Shown here in pieces: positions 37,795 through 46,809 of a stretch of 64,000 bases of DNA. The notes beneath the pieces were generated by a model. The model was given only the letters and a program-made list of their open reading frames with translations. It did no database searches and was not told the origin of the DNA. Each line of letters begins with the position of its first letter. Position 1 is the first letter of the stretch. The position numbers and the translations under genes were made by a program. Source of the DNA: Spirochaetia bacterium (GTDB lineage Bacteria > Spirochaetota > Spirochaetia > DSM-2461); the NCBI GenBank assembly GCA_963668315.1, contig OY764216.1, positions 2,144,001-2,208,000 of the forward strand. Direction: 5' to 3'.

Positions 37795-39852
37795 CTACGA
37801 AGCTTGCTGCCTCTTGGCGATGATTTCCTGCGCGACCTGTCCGGAAACCGGATTGTAATGGCTGAACTCCATTTCAAACGCCCCCGTACCGGATGTAATG
37901 GATTTCAGATCAATGGCGTAGCGCAGCAGTTCGCCCTGGGGCACAACGGCTTTTATCTGTGTTATCCCGCTGCCGAGAGTGGCCTGGTCGGTAACGGCGC
38001 CTCTCTTGGTCGACAAGTCGGACATCACGTCTCCCATATACTTGTCATCCACGATAACCGTCAGGTTTACCATGGGTTCGAGCAGGGAGGGCTTGGCTTT
38101 CTCAAAGGCTTCCTTGAGGGCGTGCTTGGCGGCCAGTTTGAAGGCCATCTCCGATGAATCCACAGGATGCTCCTTGCCGTCCACAACGGAAACGCCGATA
38201 TCCACCATGGGGTAGCCGGCCAGAAAACCTTCCGACATGGCTTCCCTCAGCCCCTTTTCTATACCCGGCATATAACCCTTGGAAATGGAGCCTCCCTTTA
38301 TGATGTTCTCCATCATAAAATCCTCTCCCCGCTCCAGGGGCTTCACATTAATGACCACCTTGCCGTACTGGCCGTGGCCGCCGGACTGTTTCTTGTGGGT
38401 GTATTCCACGCCCTCCACCGGTTTTCCTATGGTCTCACGGTAGGCAACGCCGGGCACCCGGGTCTCCACTTCGATCTTGTTCTCCTTCCTGATTTTACTG
38501 AGAACCGTCTCGATATGAAGCTCGCCCATGCCGGAGATAACCGTTTCCCGGGTCTCTTCGTTGTACGTCACCGAAAAGGTCAGATCCTGTTCCGATACCC
38601 GGTGGAGCTGATCGGCCAGCTTATCCTCGTCCTTCTGGTTCACCGCGTTAATCGCCAGCGAATGGATGGGGTGGGGCAGGGCCAGAGCCTTGAAATGAAT
38701 CACATTGTCCGGCATGCACAGGGTTTCGTTGGTCTTTATATCCTCCATCTTGGTGATGACGCAGATATCGCCGGCCACCACCTCGGAGGTTTCCTTCACA
38801 TCCTTCCCCTCGCTGAAATACACCTTGCCTATTTTAATCTTCTTCTCTTCCTGGGGATCGTAGACCTCCATGCCCGGGTTCAGCTTCCCCGTAATCACCT
38901 TCACGTAGGACATCTTACCGGCGAATTTGTCGATGGACGTTTTGAACACGACGCCCGAGAAGGAGCCCTCGGAACTGATCATCACCGATTTCTCCCCGGT
39001 GGCGCAGGGCTCTTCCACCCGTCCCGGAGCGGGCGATTCCTGGGCCATGAAATCCATGAGGGGAACGATTCCGGAGTTTTCCTGAACGCTGCCGCAGAAG
39101 ACGGGAATGAACTTGTTGTCGAAAAGTCCCTCCCTGAGCCCCTTGACGGCCTCTTCCAAAGACAGGGTTCCCTCTTCAAAGAACTTCTCCGTCAAATCGT
39201 CATCGCCCACGGCGGCCTGCTCTATCATATTCTCATGATACTCCTGGGCCTGGGCCTTGTACTCCTCGGGAATCTCCGTGGCCGCTTCACTCTTACCGGC
39301 GGAACCCTTGGGATAGGCTTTCATATCCAGAAGATTGATCAGCCCTTTATAATCCTCGCCCTGTCCCATGGGGATGGTCAGCGCGATAGGTTTCAATTTG
39401 AACTCGGAAAGATCGGCGAGAACCTGGAAAAAATCGGCCCTCTCCTTTTCCATTTTATTGACGAACACGACCCGGGGCATGTCCCGCGCATTAAGGCGGC
39501 GCCACAGTTTTACCGTTTCAATCTGAACTCGTGAACGGGCGCCGATCAGAACAACGGCCGATTCAGCCGCTCTGAAAGAGGAAACGACTTCACCCACGAA
39601 GTCGGAGGCGCCGGGGGTATCAAAGAGGTTGATTTTGGTACCCTTCCAGTCAAAATGGGAAAGACTGGAGTGGATGGACATCTGCTTCTCGATCTCTTCT
39701 TCTGTGAAATCGCTGACGGTTTTGCCCGACTCCACAGTTTCGGCACGGGGAATCACGCCGGCGTTGAAAAGAATCTCTTCAACCAGTGACGTCTTCCCCG
39801 TACCTCCGTGGCCGCAAACTGCAATGTTTCTGATGCTATTGGTATCAGCCAT
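37795..39852 (-). CDS. fusA2: Elongation factor G paralogue (EF-G II / FusA2 type)
   Basis: Full EF-G layout (GMGELH, YRETI, KQSGGHGQYG, HPVDSSEMAF, LLEP) with divergent G motifs GHGGTGKT, DTPGA and NKME; outside the str operon. Start is ATG 39852 or 39855 after GGAGG. Confidence 0.9.
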   Translation of the reverse strand: MADTNSIRNIAVCGHGGTGKTSLVEEILFNAGVIPRAETVESGKTVSDFTEEEIEKQMSIHSSLSHFDWKGTKINLFDTPGASDFVGEVVSSFRAAESAVVLIGARSRVQIETVKLWRRLNARDMPRVVFVNKMEKERADFFQVLADLSEFKLKPIALTIPMGQGEDYKGLINLLDMKAYPKGSAGKSEAATEIPEEYKAQAQEYHENMIEQAAVGDDDLTEKFFEEGTLSLEEAVKGLREGLFDNKFIPVFCGSVQENSGIVPLMDFMAQESPAPGRVEEPCATGEKSVMISSEGSFSGVVFKTSIDKFAGKMSYVKVITGKLNPGMEVYDPQEEKKIKIGKVYFSEGKDVKETSEVVAGDICVITKMEDIKTNETLCMPDNVIHFKALALPHPIHSLAINAVNQKDEDKLADQLHRVSEQDLTFSVTYNEETRETVISGMGELHIETVLSKIRKENKIEVETRVPGVAYRETIGKPVEGVEYTHKKQSGGHGQYGKVVINVKPLERGEDFMMENIIKGGSISKGYMPGIEKGLREAMSEGFLAGYPMVDIGVSVVDGKEHPVDSSEMAFKLAAKHALKEAFEKAKPSLLEPMVNLTVIVDDKYMGDVMSDLSTKRGAVTDQATLGSGITQIKAVVPQGELLRYAIDLKSITSGTGAFEMEFSHYNPVSGQVAQEIIAKRQQAS

Positions 39853-39887
39853 CATCAAACCTCCCTAAAAATGAATGGTATAAATTC

Positions 39888-39916
39888 ATCATAAGCCCGA
39901 TTTTTTCTCAGGTCAA
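39888..39916 (-). promoter_or_regulatory. sigma70 promoter of the EF-G paralogue
   Basis: TTGACC-N17-TATGAT on the minus strand. Confidence 0.7.
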
Positions 39917-40093
39917 ATTAAATTTTACCCCCCTCCTGACCGTATCCTGACAACGTTACTTTCTCTCCGGGCGGCTTCCAGCGGAGCTGGAACCGGGCTG
40001 TTCCGGGGCTCCGGCCCCCGCAGGCGGGGTCTCGCTCCGCGCCCCCTCCGATCCCTGCCGCGGTAGGGGAAAATAAAATATTCCCTCTTTTTC

Positions 40094-40152
40094 TTGACGT
40101 ATGATTCTTCCCGGGTTAATATGGACACGTGACCATGTGGACAGGTGTCCAT
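40094..40152 (+). promoter_or_regulatory. LacI-gene promoter with two abutting LacI-type operators
   Basis: TTGACG-N17-TAATAT(40117-40122); ATGGACACGTGACCAT(40121-40136) and GTGGACAGGTGTCCAT(40137-40152). Confidence 0.8.
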
Positions 40153-40167
40153 AGGAGAGGAAAACCT

Positions 40168-41151
40168 TTGGTAACAAGGAAAGACGTAGCCGAGAAGGCG
40201 GGGGTTTCCCCCGCCGTGGTATCCCGTGTCCTGAACGACTCGGGCTATGTGGCCGAAGAGAAAAGAAAGCGGGTTCTCAAGGTGGTGAAGAGTCTGGGAT
40301 ACAGCCCCAACCCCGTGGCCGTCTCTCTGAAAACCAACCGGACCAAGCAGATCCTCTATTACGTTAAAGACCTGAGCAATAACTATTTCCGCGAAATGTA
40401 CAAGGGCATGGCGGAGTACGCCGCCTCGAAGAACTACATCTTCGTGCTGGCCGGATATCTCGAGCCGGAAGGCATAGGCCGGCTGATGGTGGACGGGATT
40501 CTTTTCCCCACCGAGGATCAGGTGAGAAAGAGCATTATCGAATCCTTGACCGTTCCCTATGTGGCCGCCGGCTACGGCGTCCCCGAGCCCTCCGAAACAA
40601 AGACCGTCTACACCGATACGAGGATGGCTATCGATATCGCCTGTGCACATCTCAGAAGTCTGGGGCACCGGCGCATCGCCTATGCCTGTCCCAGCATCGC
40701 CACCTTCAATGAGACGAGGCTAAAGCGGTTTCTGGACATCACCGGTTACGAACCCGGATCGCCCTATATTCTCGGTGCGCCCTATGCCATGGACAATCTT
40801 CATGACGTCAACCATTTCGAGCTGGGAATTGTGGGGGCCCGGCAGTTCCTGGAGAAGAAGCTGGATGCCACGGCCATCATCTGCTTTAACGACGACATCG
40901 CCATCGGGCTGATGAGCCACCTGCAGAAAAACGGCGTGCGCATTCCCGATGATGTCTCCGTGGTAGGCATAGACGGCCTCATGGAGGGGAAGTACACGTC
41001 GCCCCCCCTGACATCGGTCTGCCTCGAGATGAACCGCCACGGCAAGGAGTGCGCCCGGGTCCTGATCAGCATGATCGAGGGCCATGAAAATGTCACTCCC
41101 CGGACGATTGCCCCGAAGCTGATTATACGGGAGAGCTCAAGGGCCGTGTGA
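40168..41151 (+). CDS. LacI-family transcriptional regulator
   Basis: TRKDVAEKAGVS.AVVSRVLN, LGY.PN..A.SL, ND..A.G, IP.DVSVVG.D, P.LTSV; TTG start after AGGAGAGG. Confidence 0.95.
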   Translation: MVTRKDVAEKAGVSPAVVSRVLNDSGYVAEEKRKRVLKVVKSLGYSPNPVAVSLKTNRTKQILYYVKDLSNNYFREMYKGMAEYAASKNYIFVLAGYLEPEGIGRLMVDGILFPTEDQVRKSIIESLTVPYVAAGYGVPEPSETKTVYTDTRMAIDIACAHLRSLGHRRIAYACPSIATFNETRLKRFLDITGYEPGSPYILGAPYAMDNLHDVNHFELGIVGARQFLEKKLDATAIICFNDDIAIGLMSHLQKNGVRIPDDVSVVGIDGLMEGKYTSPPLTSVCLEMNRHGKECARVLISMIEGHENVTPRTIAPKLIIRESSRAV

Positions 41152-41165
41152 TTTTTTGTGAACAT

Positions 41166-41183
41166 TGTGGACACGTGTCCACA
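41166..41183. promoter_or_regulatory. LacI-type operator upstream of the sugar ABC/GH42 operon
   Basis: Perfect palindrome TGTGGACACGTGTCCACA with central CG; matches the two sites upstream of the LacI gene. Confidence 0.85.
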
Positions 41184-41216
41184 TGGAATAATCAAACCAA
41201 TAGGTAAGGAGTTGTT

Positions 41217-42563
41217 ATGTTAAGGAAGTTTATTTCATTCTCCCTGGTTGTCTCCCTGGTGTCGGTACTGCTGATGACGGGATGTTCCAAGTCGGGCGGC
41301 GGCAAGGATACCGCTTTCGATCCCAATGAGGAAGTCACCATCGTCGTGGGCGGTTGGCCCGCAGGGGACGATGCGTTCAAGGCAATCATTCCCGGATTCA
41401 ACGAGAAATACCCCAACGTAAAGGTGGAGTTGAATTTTCAGCAGACCACCGACCACCACCAGCAGTTGTCCACGGCCCTGGCCGCCGGTACGGGGGCTCC
41501 CGATGTGGCCATGCTGGAGCAGGCCTGGGTCGGCCGGTACAAGGACGGCGGCGGTTTCGAGAACCTTCTGGACGAACCTTATAACGCGGGTGATCTGAAG
41601 GATGATTTCGTACAGTATAAATGGGACCTGGCCACTTCCGTGGACGGAGAGAAGACCATAGGACTGGTCTGGGACATCGGTCCGGCAACTCTGTTTTACA
41701 GAAGAGATGTCTTCAAGGAAGTGGGCCTTCCCTCCGAGCCTGAGGAAGTGGAAAAGTACCTTTCCACCTGGGACGGCGTGCTGGATGCGGCGGAAAAAGT
41801 GTATATTCCCAATGAGCGCTGGCTTCTGCCCAGCGCCTTCTACCTCTATACCTGGAACTATATGAACCGGGACTTCTATAACGACAAGCTGGAACTGACT
41901 CTGGATAAACCGGGCACCACAGAAGCCCTGGAGGCGGCCATCACCATGAGGAAAAACGGCTGGGACGCCCAGCTGCCCTCCATGTGGGAGAATGAAGCCA
42001 CCGCCGGACTGGGCGGGGGCAACCTGTGCATGGTCGTGGCCGGCTGCTGGTACGGCGGATTTCTCAAGTCCTGGATCGATCCCGAAGGGGCGGGCGACTG
42101 GGGCGTCAGCCGCATCCCCGGCGGTATCGCCGATTCCAACTGGGGCGGTTCCTACCTGGCCATCCCCTCCCAGAGCAAGCACAAAGGGGCCGCCTGGGAA
42201 TTCGTAAAATACGCCCTGGCCACCAAGGAAGGGCAGAACGGCATGTTCGAAGCGGTGGATTACTTCCCCGGATACATTCCCGCCTGGGACGATCCCATGT
42301 ACGATGAGCCCGACCCCTATTTCGGCGGTCAGAAAACAAGGCAGCTCTGGGTCGACATCTCCAAGAGCATCCAGCCTACGTTCACCACCCTGATGGACTC
42401 CACCACGGAGGAAACCCTCAACAATACGGTCAATACGGGAATCAACGAAGGATGGCCCGCCGCCCGGATTATTGAGGAAGCGAAGAAACAGATCGAAATC
42501 ACCACCCGCGAGGATAGAGATAAATTCATCGATATCCTGAAAGACGCCGGTAAGTGGGACTGA
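41217..42563 (+). CDS. Sugar ABC transporter substrate-binding lipoprotein (lactose/cellobiose-type)
   Basis: Lipobox LMTGC; GAPDV, WDIGP..LFYR.D.F...GLP and NWGGS.LAIP motifs. Confidence 0.92.
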   Translation: MLRKFISFSLVVSLVSVLLMTGCSKSGGGKDTAFDPNEEVTIVVGGWPAGDDAFKAIIPGFNEKYPNVKVELNFQQTTDHHQQLSTALAAGTGAPDVAMLEQAWVGRYKDGGGFENLLDEPYNAGDLKDDFVQYKWDLATSVDGEKTIGLVWDIGPATLFYRRDVFKEVGLPSEPEEVEKYLSTWDGVLDAAEKVYIPNERWLLPSAFYLYTWNYMNRDFYNDKLELTLDKPGTTEALEAAITMRKNGWDAQLPSMWENEATAGLGGGNLCMVVAGCWYGGFLKSWIDPEGAGDWGVSRIPGGIADSNWGGSYLAIPSQSKHKGAAWEFVKYALATKEGQNGMFEAVDYFPGYIPAWDDPMYDEPDPYFGGQKTRQLWVDISKSIQPTFTTLMDSTTEETLNNTVNTGINEGWPAARIIEEAKKQIEITTREDRDKFIDILKDAGKWD

Positions 42564-42575
42564 TTCTCCTTTATC

Positions 42576-42601
42576 CCCGGGAGTCCGCTCCCGGGTATTT
42601 T
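42576..42601 (+). terminator. Intercistronic hairpin or partial terminator after the binding-protein gene
   Basis: CCCGGGAG-TCCG-CTCCCGGG followed by TATTTT. Confidence 0.65.
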
Positions 42602-42627
42602 CCTCAATAATTAAAAGGAGTCGAATT

Positions 42628-43557
42628 ATGAACCCCATTAAGAACAGGAGGGAAGAGCCGCTCTGGAAAGAGATAAAAAGAAACCGGGTCGCCTATGCCT
42701 ACATCGCCCCTTTCTACATTCTCTTTGCCGTATTCGGCCTGTTCCCCATCGTTTCCGGATTTCTCATCAGCTTTTTCCGCTGGGACGGGCTGAGTCCCAT
42801 GAAATTCGTCATGTTTAAAAATTACGTGCGCATGTTCCAGGATCCCCTTTTCTGGAAATCCCTGGGCAATACCTTCTATATAGGGCTTATCGCCCATATC
42901 TTCATACTGCTGGGCGGCCTGATCCTGGCCTACATCCTCAATACGAAACTCATCAAGTATCCCAATATCTTCAAGACGATATATTTTCTTCCCATGGTGA
43001 CCAGCGCCGTGGCCACGGGAATCGTCTTCAAGGCCATGTTCGGGTACAACGCGGGAATCATCAATCTTTTTATCAATACCCTGGGCTTTGACAAGATCGA
43101 CTGGTGGGGCGGAACGGGCGCCTTTATCAAGCCGGCTATCATCATCATGTTCGCCTGGAAGTGGGTCGGCTGGAACATGGTCATCTACCTGGCGGGCATG
43201 CAGGGGATCAGCACCGATATATACGAGGCGGCCACCATAGACGGAGCCAGCCACTTCCACGTATTCCTGAGGATCACCATCCCCCTCCTGCGGCCCATCA
43301 TCCTCTTTACCCTGATCCAGTCCACCATCGGAACACTCAATCTCTTTACGGAGCCCTTCATCCTGCTGGGAGGAGGCAGCCTGCTCGGCGGGACGGGCAA
43401 CCAGGGCATGACGGTCATGATGTATCTCCTGAACAAGGCGCCCTACGGCAACAATCACTACGGCTACGCCTCGGCGACAGCCTATGTCATGTGTTCCATC
43501 ATCATCATCGTATCGCTTATCAATATGAAAATCACCGAAAGGAGGGAACGCAAATGA
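42628..43557 (+). CDS. Sugar ABC transporter permease
   Basis: YLAGMQGI..DIYEAATIDGA EAA loop; ITIPLLRP. Confidence 0.93.
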   Translation: MNPIKNRREEPLWKEIKRNRVAYAYIAPFYILFAVFGLFPIVSGFLISFFRWDGLSPMKFVMFKNYVRMFQDPLFWKSLGNTFYIGLIAHIFILLGGLILAYILNTKLIKYPNIFKTIYFLPMVTSAVATGIVFKAMFGYNAGIINLFINTLGFDKIDWWGGTGAFIKPAIIIMFAWKWVGWNMVIYLAGMQGISTDIYEAATIDGASHFHVFLRITIPLLRPIILFTLIQSTIGTLNLFTEPFILLGGGSLLGGTGNQGMTVMMYLLNKAPYGNNHYGYASATAYVMCSIIIIVSLINMKITERRERK

Positions 43558-44384
43558 AACGGACCCTGGGAAAACTTCTTCTCTATCTCTGCCTTCTCGC
43601 GGTCGCCGCTCTTATGCTGCTGCCCTTTTACTGGATGATCGTCCTTTCCACCCACACCACCCATGAAATCATACAGTATCCGCCCCCCCTCTGGTTCGGC
43701 GGCAATCTCCTGCCCAATCTCCACTCCATGGTTGAGTCGGTGGCCGTATTGCGAAGCTTCATGAACAGCGTCGCGGTTTCCGGTTCTTTCACCATTCTTG
43801 TCCTTCTGCTCTGCTCCATGGGAGGCTACGCCTTCGCCATGTACAATTTTCCCGGAAGGGACAAACTGTTCGGCGTTCTCATCGTGACCATGATGATTCC
43901 CTGGACGGCGGGCATCATCCCCTGGTTTTTCATGATGTCCCGATTCGGGTGGATCAACAATTTCCTGGCCTTGATCATACCCAACAGCGCCAACGCCTTC
44001 GGGATCTTCTGGATGCGCCAGTACTGCCAGAACAACGTCCCCGCGTCCCTCATCGACGCGGCCAAAATAGACGGGCTCAGCGAGTGGTTCATCTTCTTCA
44101 AGATCATCGCTCCCATCCTTGTGCCCGGCCTGGCGGCGCTTGGCATCATGACCTTCGTCAACTCCTGGAATGATTTCATGCAGCCCATGCTTATCCTTCG
44201 GGACGAAAAGATGCATACCCTGCCCATCATGCTCAAGTACATGCTGGGAGATCCCCAGAGGGGAACCGATATGGGCGCCCTCATCTCGGCCAGCACCCTG
44301 GCTATTCTGCCCATTCTCGTCGCCTTTCTGGCGGCATCAAGATTTTTCATGTCCGGTCTGACCGCCGGAGCAGTAAAGGAGTAA
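43554..44384 (+). CDS. Sugar ABC transporter permease
   Basis: Starts MKRTLGK with ATGA overlap (ORF-track start 43104 is an over-extension); LIDAAKIDG, WNDF. Confidence 0.93.
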   Translation: MKRTLGKLLLYLCLLAVAALMLLPFYWMIVLSTHTTHEIIQYPPPLWFGGNLLPNLHSMVESVAVLRSFMNSVAVSGSFTILVLLLCSMGGYAFAMYNFPGRDKLFGVLIVTMMIPWTAGIIPWFFMMSRFGWINNFLALIIPNSANAFGIFWMRQYCQNNVPASLIDAAKIDGLSEWFIFFKIIAPILVPGLAALGIMTFVNSWNDFMQPMLILRDEKMHTLPIMLKYMLGDPQRGTDMGALISASTLAILPILVAFLAASRFFMSGLTAGAVKE

Positions 44385-44387
44385 ATT

Positions 44388-46373
44388 ATGCTGGATATTC
44401 AATTCGGTGCCGACTATTATCCGGAACACTGGCCGGAGGAACGGTGGGAAACGGACGCCCGCCTGATGCAGGAGATGGGCCTGGGAGTCGTACGCATGGC
44501 GGAGTTCGCCTGGACCCGGATAGAACCGCGGGAAGGGGAGTTTCACTTCGAATGGCTGGAGAAGGCCGTCAACCTGCTGGGGAAATACGGCGTGAAAACC
44601 ATCCTCGGCACGCCTACGCCCACACCTCCCGCCTGGATCGTCGAGAATCACCCCGAAATCCTCGCCGTTAATTCCCGGGGCGTTCAAGTCGGATTCGGCG
44701 GGCGGCACCACGACTGCCAGTCGAACCGGACCTACCGGGCCCATGGGGTCCGCATGATCGAAGCCCTGACGAAACACTTCAGCGGCAACCCCCATGTGGT
44801 GGGCTGGCAGACCGATAACGAGCTGGGCAACAGCCATGACGATCTCTGCCACTGCCCCTCCTGCCGGACCGCCTTCCAGGACTGGCTGCGCGACAAGTAT
44901 ACCACCGTGGAGGAGCTGAACCGCCGCTGGGGCACGGTTTTCTGGAGCCAGGAATATGACAGTTTCAGGCAGATTCCTACTCCCGGCTACAACGTGACCG
45001 CCCACAGTCCCTCCCTCCTTTTGGACTGGAAACGGTTCCACTCCGATCTGATATGCGATTTCCAGAAGTTTCAGATCGATATTATCAGAAAGAACTGCCC
45101 CGGCCAGATCATCACCCATAATTTTATGGGCTTTTTCGACCTGATCGATTACTACGACCTGGCCGAACCTTTGGATTTTATCAGCCACGACCAGTATCCC
45201 ACGGGCTTCTTCGATAATCCCCAGCCGGGGAAGACACCCTCCGTCCTGGCCGCGACCCTGGACCTGATGAGAGGGCTCAAGAACCAGACCTTCTGGATTA
45301 TGGAGCAGCAGTCCGGACCGACGGGATGGACCATACTGGGCCGTACGCCCGAGCCGGGTCAGCTCTCTCTCTGGGCGGCCCAGTCCATAGCCCGGGGCGC
45401 CGACTGCGTCGTCTTCTTCCGGTGGCGCACCTGCACGGTGGGCACGGAGCAGTACTGGCACGGCATCCTCCCGCACAGCGGGAATCCGGGGCGGCGTTAC
45501 GCCGAGCTGAAGGAAACGATCGGACGCCTTACCCCGGTGATGAAGGAGTTCCGCGGAGCCCTGAGCGGCGCCGAGGGGGCCGTCCTCTTCGATTATGACC
45601 AGAACTGGGCCATGGAAATCCAGCCCCACCATCCCGACTTGGACTATATCAGGCAGATCCAGGTTTATTACGACGCCTTCCATAAGAGGAATGTCCCCCT
45701 GGATTTTATCAGCAGGGAAAGGGATTTCTCGGGCTACAAGCTGATTATCGCCCCTCTGATGTATCTTATGACTCCCGAACTGGAAGAGAAGTTTGAATCC
45801 TATGTCCGCGGGGGAGGGAGGCTGGTCCTGACCATGCGGACCGGTGTCAAGAACGATGATAATGTCTGTATGGACGAAAGGGAGCTGCCCGGCAAGGCGG
45901 GAGACCTCCTGGGGATCGAGGTCTCCGAATACGATTGCCTGAGGGACATTACCAGAAAGGTTTCCTGGGGGGATGATTCCTCTCTGAAGGCTTTGAAGTG
46001 GTGTGATCTTATCACCGTCAAAGAGGCTGACACTCTGGCTGAAGTGGCCGACGGATGGTACGGGGGAACGCCGGTTGTGACGGAAAATGGCGTAGGACAG
46101 GGAAAGGCTCTCTATGTGGGAACCGAACCGGACGAAGCCCTGGCCGACCGGCTGGCCGGCTATCTTATGGAAGAAGCCGGTCTTGAACCGCTGGCGAGCG
46201 GTCGAGACGGCTGGGAGCTTATCCGCCGAAGGGCTGAAGACAGGGATTATCTCTTTGTTCTGAATCATCAGGGGGAGACGAGAGAGTTTGCCGTACCCTC
46301 CGGCTGGCAGGCCGTAGTGCATGAAAATCCCGTTCCTCCCTACGGATTCAGTCTGTTTTCCAGGGATTTCTAG
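44388..46373 (+). CDS. Beta-galactosidase, glycoside hydrolase family 42
   Basis: GADYYPEHW, EFAW..IEP.EG, WQTDNE (acid/base), Zn motif CHCPSC, FWIMEQQ (nucleophile), FFRWR. Confidence 0.95.
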   Translation: MLDIQFGADYYPEHWPEERWETDARLMQEMGLGVVRMAEFAWTRIEPREGEFHFEWLEKAVNLLGKYGVKTILGTPTPTPPAWIVENHPEILAVNSRGVQVGFGGRHHDCQSNRTYRAHGVRMIEALTKHFSGNPHVVGWQTDNELGNSHDDLCHCPSCRTAFQDWLRDKYTTVEELNRRWGTVFWSQEYDSFRQIPTPGYNVTAHSPSLLLDWKRFHSDLICDFQKFQIDIIRKNCPGQIITHNFMGFFDLIDYYDLAEPLDFISHDQYPTGFFDNPQPGKTPSVLAATLDLMRGLKNQTFWIMEQQSGPTGWTILGRTPEPGQLSLWAAQSIARGADCVVFFRWRTCTVGTEQYWHGILPHSGNPGRRYAELKETIGRLTPVMKEFRGALSGAEGAVLFDYDQNWAMEIQPHHPDLDYIRQIQVYYDAFHKRNVPLDFISRERDFSGYKLIIAPLMYLMTPELEEKFESYVRGGGRLVLTMRTGVKNDDNVCMDERELPGKAGDLLGIEVSEYDCLRDITRKVSWGDDSSLKALKWCDLITVKEADTLAEVADGWYGGTPVVTENGVGQGKALYVGTEPDEALADRLAGYLMEEAGLEPLASGRDGWELIRRRAEDRDYLFVLNHQGETREFAVPSGWQAVVHENPVPPYGFSLFSRDF

Positions 46374-46394
46374 GGTTTTTAAGGCTCTTCTCAA

Positions 46395-46423
46395 CATTAC
46401 ACTATTGAAATGATAGTGTAATG
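46395..46423. repeat. Perfect 11-bp inverted repeat (terminator or operator)
   Basis: CATTACACTAT-N7-ATAGTGTAATG followed by a T-rich stretch. Confidence 0.55.
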
Positions 46424-46539
46424 ACTGGTTTTTCTTTGATGAATGTTGTATATTGGAAGTGTGTAGGAAAAATGCATTATATGAAGATAATGTGAAGTTC
46501 TGGGACATTTAAAAAATGCAATGTAAAAAGGAACAGACG

Positions 46540-46806
46540 TTGAAAGAGCGAAACATTCTGGCTTCGGGGGCAGGTACCTGCCCCCACTGTTCACAGTGTC
46601 ATAATTTTTTCAGTAACGTCAGAAAGATTAATCAGGAAATGAAGGGAGCCCTTCAGAAGCTCTACTGCCTCTCCCGATATAACAGATGTGCGCGTTACTT
46701 CATCATCGAGCGGATAGACAATTCCACCGTGCCCGATGACCTCTATCCCAACCAGGAAATCAGAGCCCATTCTCTTGTGCAAGAGGAGCAAAAGCGTTAT
46801 TCTTGA
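46540..46806 (+). CDS. Small Cys-rich hypothetical protein
   Basis: CPHCSQC..FF...YC.....RCARY...VPDDLYPN; TTG at 46540 after AAGGA (alternative ATG 46516); 3 nt from the next gene. Confidence 0.72.
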   Translation: MKERNILASGAGTCPHCSQCHNFFSNVRKINQEMKGALQKLYCLSRYNRCARYFIIERIDNSTVPDDLYPNQEIRAHSLVQEEQKRYS

Positions 46807-46809
46807 TCC

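Noticed and set aside
44337..46508. 723-aa minus-strand ORF, and similar long antisense ORFs at 41235-42638, 38167-39534, 27864-29027, 62531-63577, 3182-4177 and 35439-36434
   Set aside because: Each mirrors a well-supported gene on the opposite strand and has no recognisable motif. They are expected shadows of GC-biased codon usage.
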